Assembly: GCA_003133025.1 (NCBI GenBank)
Contig: PKZK01000187.1
Coordinates: 58,350 to 87,363 of the forward strand
From: Vulcanimicrobiota bacterium
GTDB lineage: Bacteria > Vulcanimicrobiota > Vulcanimicrobiia > Vulcanimicrobiales > Vulcanimicrobiaceae
Direction of reading: 5' to 3'
DNA length: 29,014 nucleotides
The number at the start of each line of letters is the position of its first letter. Positions within the stretch are counted from its first letter, which is position 1. The notes below the pieces were generated by a model. The model was not told the origin of the DNA. It did no database searches and worked only from the letters and a program-made list of their open reading frames with translations. Below, one piece after another: positions 26,601 through 29,014 of this stretch. The translations under genes were made by a program, and so were the position numbers.

Positions 26601-26654
26601 GAGCCCGAACGGCCCGGGTGGCGTCCAAAGACCCGGGCCGTTCGTATTCGGCTC
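26601..26654. promoter_or_regulatory. Long hairpin overlapping a candidate ECF promoter
   Basis: CGAACGGCCCGGGT (26606-19) pairs perfectly with ACCCGGGCCGTTCG (26631-44); GCGTCC-N16-CGTA lies within it. Confidence 0.5.
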
Positions 26655-26681
26655 GAATCCCAGCATCCGTAGGAGAGTTCA

Positions 26682-27173
26682 TTGCTGACCCGTTTTCGTC
26701 TATTGGTCGCGCTGGCGTGCGCCGCGACCGTATTTTCCGCAGTTCCCGTCCGCGCCGACGCCCCGGGCACGATCGTCGAGATCGCTTCGGGCGCGCCGAA
26801 CTTCAAGACCCTCGTGGCCGCGGTCAAGGCCGCCGGCCTCGTCGACACGCTCAACGGCAAGGGCCCGTTCACGGTCTTCGCCCCGACCGACGCCGCCTTC
26901 GCAAAGCTGCCGGCCGGCACGGTCGACACGCTGCTCAAGCCCGAGAACAAGGAAAAACTCAAGGCCATCCTGCTGTACCACGTCGTCGCGGGCAAGGTGC
27001 TCTCGACCGACCTCAAAGCCGGCAAGGTCAAGACCGCTGAAGGCCAGGACGTCACGATCAGCCTCACCGACGGCGCCCACGTCAACGACGCCAAGGTGAT
27101 CAAGGCCGACATTCCCGCATCGAACGGCGTGATCCACGTGATCGATACCGTTCTCATCCCGCCCAGCAAATAG
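26682..27173 (+). CDS. Secreted fasciclin (FAS1) domain protein
   Basis: AGGAG RBS; signal peptide; [24 protein letters not shown] and [11 protein letters not shown] motifs. Confidence 0.95.
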   Translation: MLTRFRLLVALACAATVFSAVPVRADAPGTIVEIASGAPNFKTLVAAVKAAGLVDTLNGKGPFTVFAPTDAAFAKLPAGTVDTLLKPENKEKLKAILLYHVVAGKVLSTDLKAGKVKTAEGQDVTISLTDGAHVNDAKVIKADIPASNGVIHVIDTVLIPPSK

Positions 27174-27196
27174 CGCATATCGCAGCACGGGTAAGA

Positions 27197-27787
27197 ATGC
27201 CCGTTCCCGACGAGATCAGCGAGATCGGCGACGCCGACGTCTCATACATGCGGCGAATGGCGCGTGGCGATAGTCACGCGCTTTCGTCGCTGTATCAGCG
27301 GCACGGCGGCGTCGCCCTCGCCCTAGCCGAAAGAATGCTCGGAACTCACGATGCGGCCGAAGATGCCGTGCAAGAAGCCTTCGTCGCCCTGTGGCGACAC
27401 GCCGCGAACTACCGCGACGGCGGCGCCGCGCCGCGCACCTGGTTGCTCACGATCGTGCGCAATCGCTGCATCGACGAGCTGCGCAAGCGCGCCGGCTCGC
27501 CGCAACGCGTCGAACTCGACGAAGCCCAGCCGCAGGCGATCGAGCGCGACCCATGGCCCGAAATCTGGAAACGTCATTGCGGCGACGCGTTGCGCGGCGC
27601 GATGGCCGATCTGCCGCGCGAACAGCGCGAGGTGATCGAACTCGGCTTCTTCTCCGGCCACTCGCATTCGCAGATCGCCGAGCGTCTGGGCGCGCCGCTC
27701 GGAACGGTGAAGAAACGCATGCGCACCGGCCTCAAGCGCCTGCGCGATGCGCTGGATGAGCGCTACGCGGAGTCTATCTCTTCGTGA
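27197..27787 (+). CDS. ECF sigma factor, SigK-like
   Basis: AEDAVQEAFVALWR...WLLTIVRNRCIDELR; ELGFFSGHSHSQIAERLGAPLGTVKKRMRTGL. Confidence 0.92.
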   Translation: MPVPDEISEIGDADVSYMRRMARGDSHALSSLYQRHGGVALALAERMLGTHDAAEDAVQEAFVALWRHAANYRDGGAAPRTWLLTIVRNRCIDELRKRAGSPQRVELDEAQPQAIERDPWPEIWKRHCGDALRGAMADLPREQREVIELGFFSGHSHSQIAERLGAPLGTVKKRMRTGLKRLRDALDERYAESISS

Positions 27788-28881
27788 GCGAGCATATCGA
27801 AGCCGACTTGCTCGACGAATACGCGCTGGGCACGCTCGACGCCGCGGCCGCGGCGCGCGTCGCCGCGCATCTCAAAGTCTGTGCCGCCTGCCGCGCGCAG
27901 TTGGCCGAATTGCGCGCAGTGCTCGACGTCCTGCCGCATGCGCTCGACGAGCGTGCGGCCAATGCCGCGCTGCTCGGACGCATCATCGCGCAAGCCGAAC
28001 GCCGCGAGCCCGCACCGCGAGACGCATCGCCGGAGACGCCGCCTACCTGGTTCGCGAGCCCACTGGTTCGCGCGCTCGCCGCGGGCCTGATCCTCGCCTT
28101 GGCCAGCGACGCATGGCTCGCATTCCGCGCGCTCGGCAATCCGCCGCAAACGGTGGCGGTGGCGACTGCGACGCCCGTTGCGAGCCCGCCGACGCCGGCC
28201 GCAGCCACGCCCACAGCCGCCGCAGCATCGGCCGCACCCGCGCCGACGCCGGCACACGACACACCGCCGAGCGGAACGAGTGAATCCCCGGCCCTGCAGC
28301 GCGAGATCGCGCGACTGAGCGACGCGCTGGCAACCGAGAAAGCCGCGGCAGCCGAACGCGAAGCCGGCTCGCGTGCCGAGGTCGAGCGTTTGCAGCGCAT
28401 GCTCGCCGACGCGCACGGCGCCGTCCGCGTCGTGTACGTCACGCCACAACCCGCGCCCGCGGCGAGCGCGCAGGTGGCGCAAGCGACGCAGACGCCCGTG
28501 ATTGCAGAGAGCACGCCGCAACCCGCGCCTTCCGCCGCTCCGGCGTTGGTCGCCGCACTGCGCACCGGCCGCGTCTTCGCCGTCGACGGAACGGTGGGCA
28601 GCGAACCATGGCACCTCACGATCGTGCAACCGGCAGGCAAGAGCAACGCGCTGATCTTCTCGGGCACGCCTCACGCGCCCGACGGCCAAACGTACCGCAC
28701 CTGGGTCGTCCGCGACGGCAAGACCTACGATGCAGGCCAGTTGCCGCCCGCCCAACCCACCACGCTCGAGATGCCGATGCCGCTGCAGAGCGGCGACGTG
28801 GTGGCCTTCTCGCGCGAGCCCGTGGGCACGGGCGACCATCCGACCCAACCCTTCCTGATGAAAGTGACCATCCAAGAGTAG
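27784..28881 (+). CDS. Anti-sigma factor: zinc-binding (ZAS) N-terminus + TM + RskA-like C-terminal domain
   Basis: GTGA overlap with the sigma gene; EYALGTL...HLKVCAAC; one TM; C-terminal GQTYRTW...AG...AFSREPVGTGDHPT. Confidence 0.85.
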   Translation: MSEHIEADLLDEYALGTLDAAAAARVAAHLKVCAACRAQLAELRAVLDVLPHALDERAANAALLGRIIAQAERREPAPRDASPETPPTWFASPLVRALAAGLILALASDAWLAFRALGNPPQTVAVATATPVASPPTPAAATPTAAAASAAPAPTPAHDTPPSGTSESPALQREIARLSDALATEKAAAAEREAGSRAEVERLQRMLADAHGAVRVVYVTPQPAPAASAQVAQATQTPVIAESTPQPAPSAAPALVAALRTGRVFAVDGTVGSEPWHLTIVQPAGKSNALIFSGTPHAPDGQTYRTWVVRDGKTYDAGQLPPAQPTTLEMPMPLQSGDVVAFSREPVGTGDHPTQPFLMKVTIQE

Positions 28882-28895
28882 CCGAAGACGGCGCC

Positions 28896-29014
28896 ATGCA
28901 CGTTTCGCACGGTTTCAGCGGCGCCATCGGCAACACGCCCCACATCGTCCTGCCCAAGCTCTCGGCGGCCCTCGGCCGCACGATCGTGGGCAAGGCCGAG
29001 TTCCTCAACCCGGG
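28896..29014 (+). CDS. N-terminus of a cysteine synthase-family PLP enzyme; runs off the window
   Basis: Translates as MHVSHGFSGAIGNTPHIVLPKLSAALGRTIVGKAEFLNPG, with IGNTP and KAEFLNPG motifs. Not in the ORF track. Confidence 0.88.
   Translation, partial: MHVSHGFSGAIGNTPHIVLPKLSAALGRTIVGKAEFLNP

Noticed and set aside
1..29014. Prophage, transposon, tRNA or rRNA
   Set aside because: No integrase, transposase or phage structural motifs, terminal repeats or RNA-gene signatures were seen, and the intergenic gaps are short.

Overview
A GC-rich bacterial chromosomal segment with about 33 closely packed genes. I see no rRNA, tRNA, CRISPR array or mobile element. It is dominated by exported proteins and lipoproteins: an S53 peptidase, an L-type lectin-like protein, an NHL propeller, a VPS10/BNR-repeat protein, BON, FAS1, DUF2807 and several hypotheticals. 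It also carries many regulators: a SARP/BTAD-NTPase-TPR protein, two ECF sigma/anti-sigma pairs, two MarR proteins and a CGNR zinc-finger protein. The gene style suggests a soil lineage such as Ca. Eremiobacterota, but that is inference only. The best leads are: (1) a TraB/GumN gene reduced to two ATGA-coupled mini-ORFs; (2) a SARP-STAND regulator followed by a membrane protein and a ~61-aa microprotein with no canonical start codon; (3) a shared direct-repeat/extended -10 motif upstream of two distant exported-protein genes; (4) a SigK/RskA/fasciclin-like module whose candidate promoter sits in a 14-bp hairpin; and (5) readable operator/promoter units at the CGNR and MarR divergons. All family calls come from motif recognition by eye, not from database searches.
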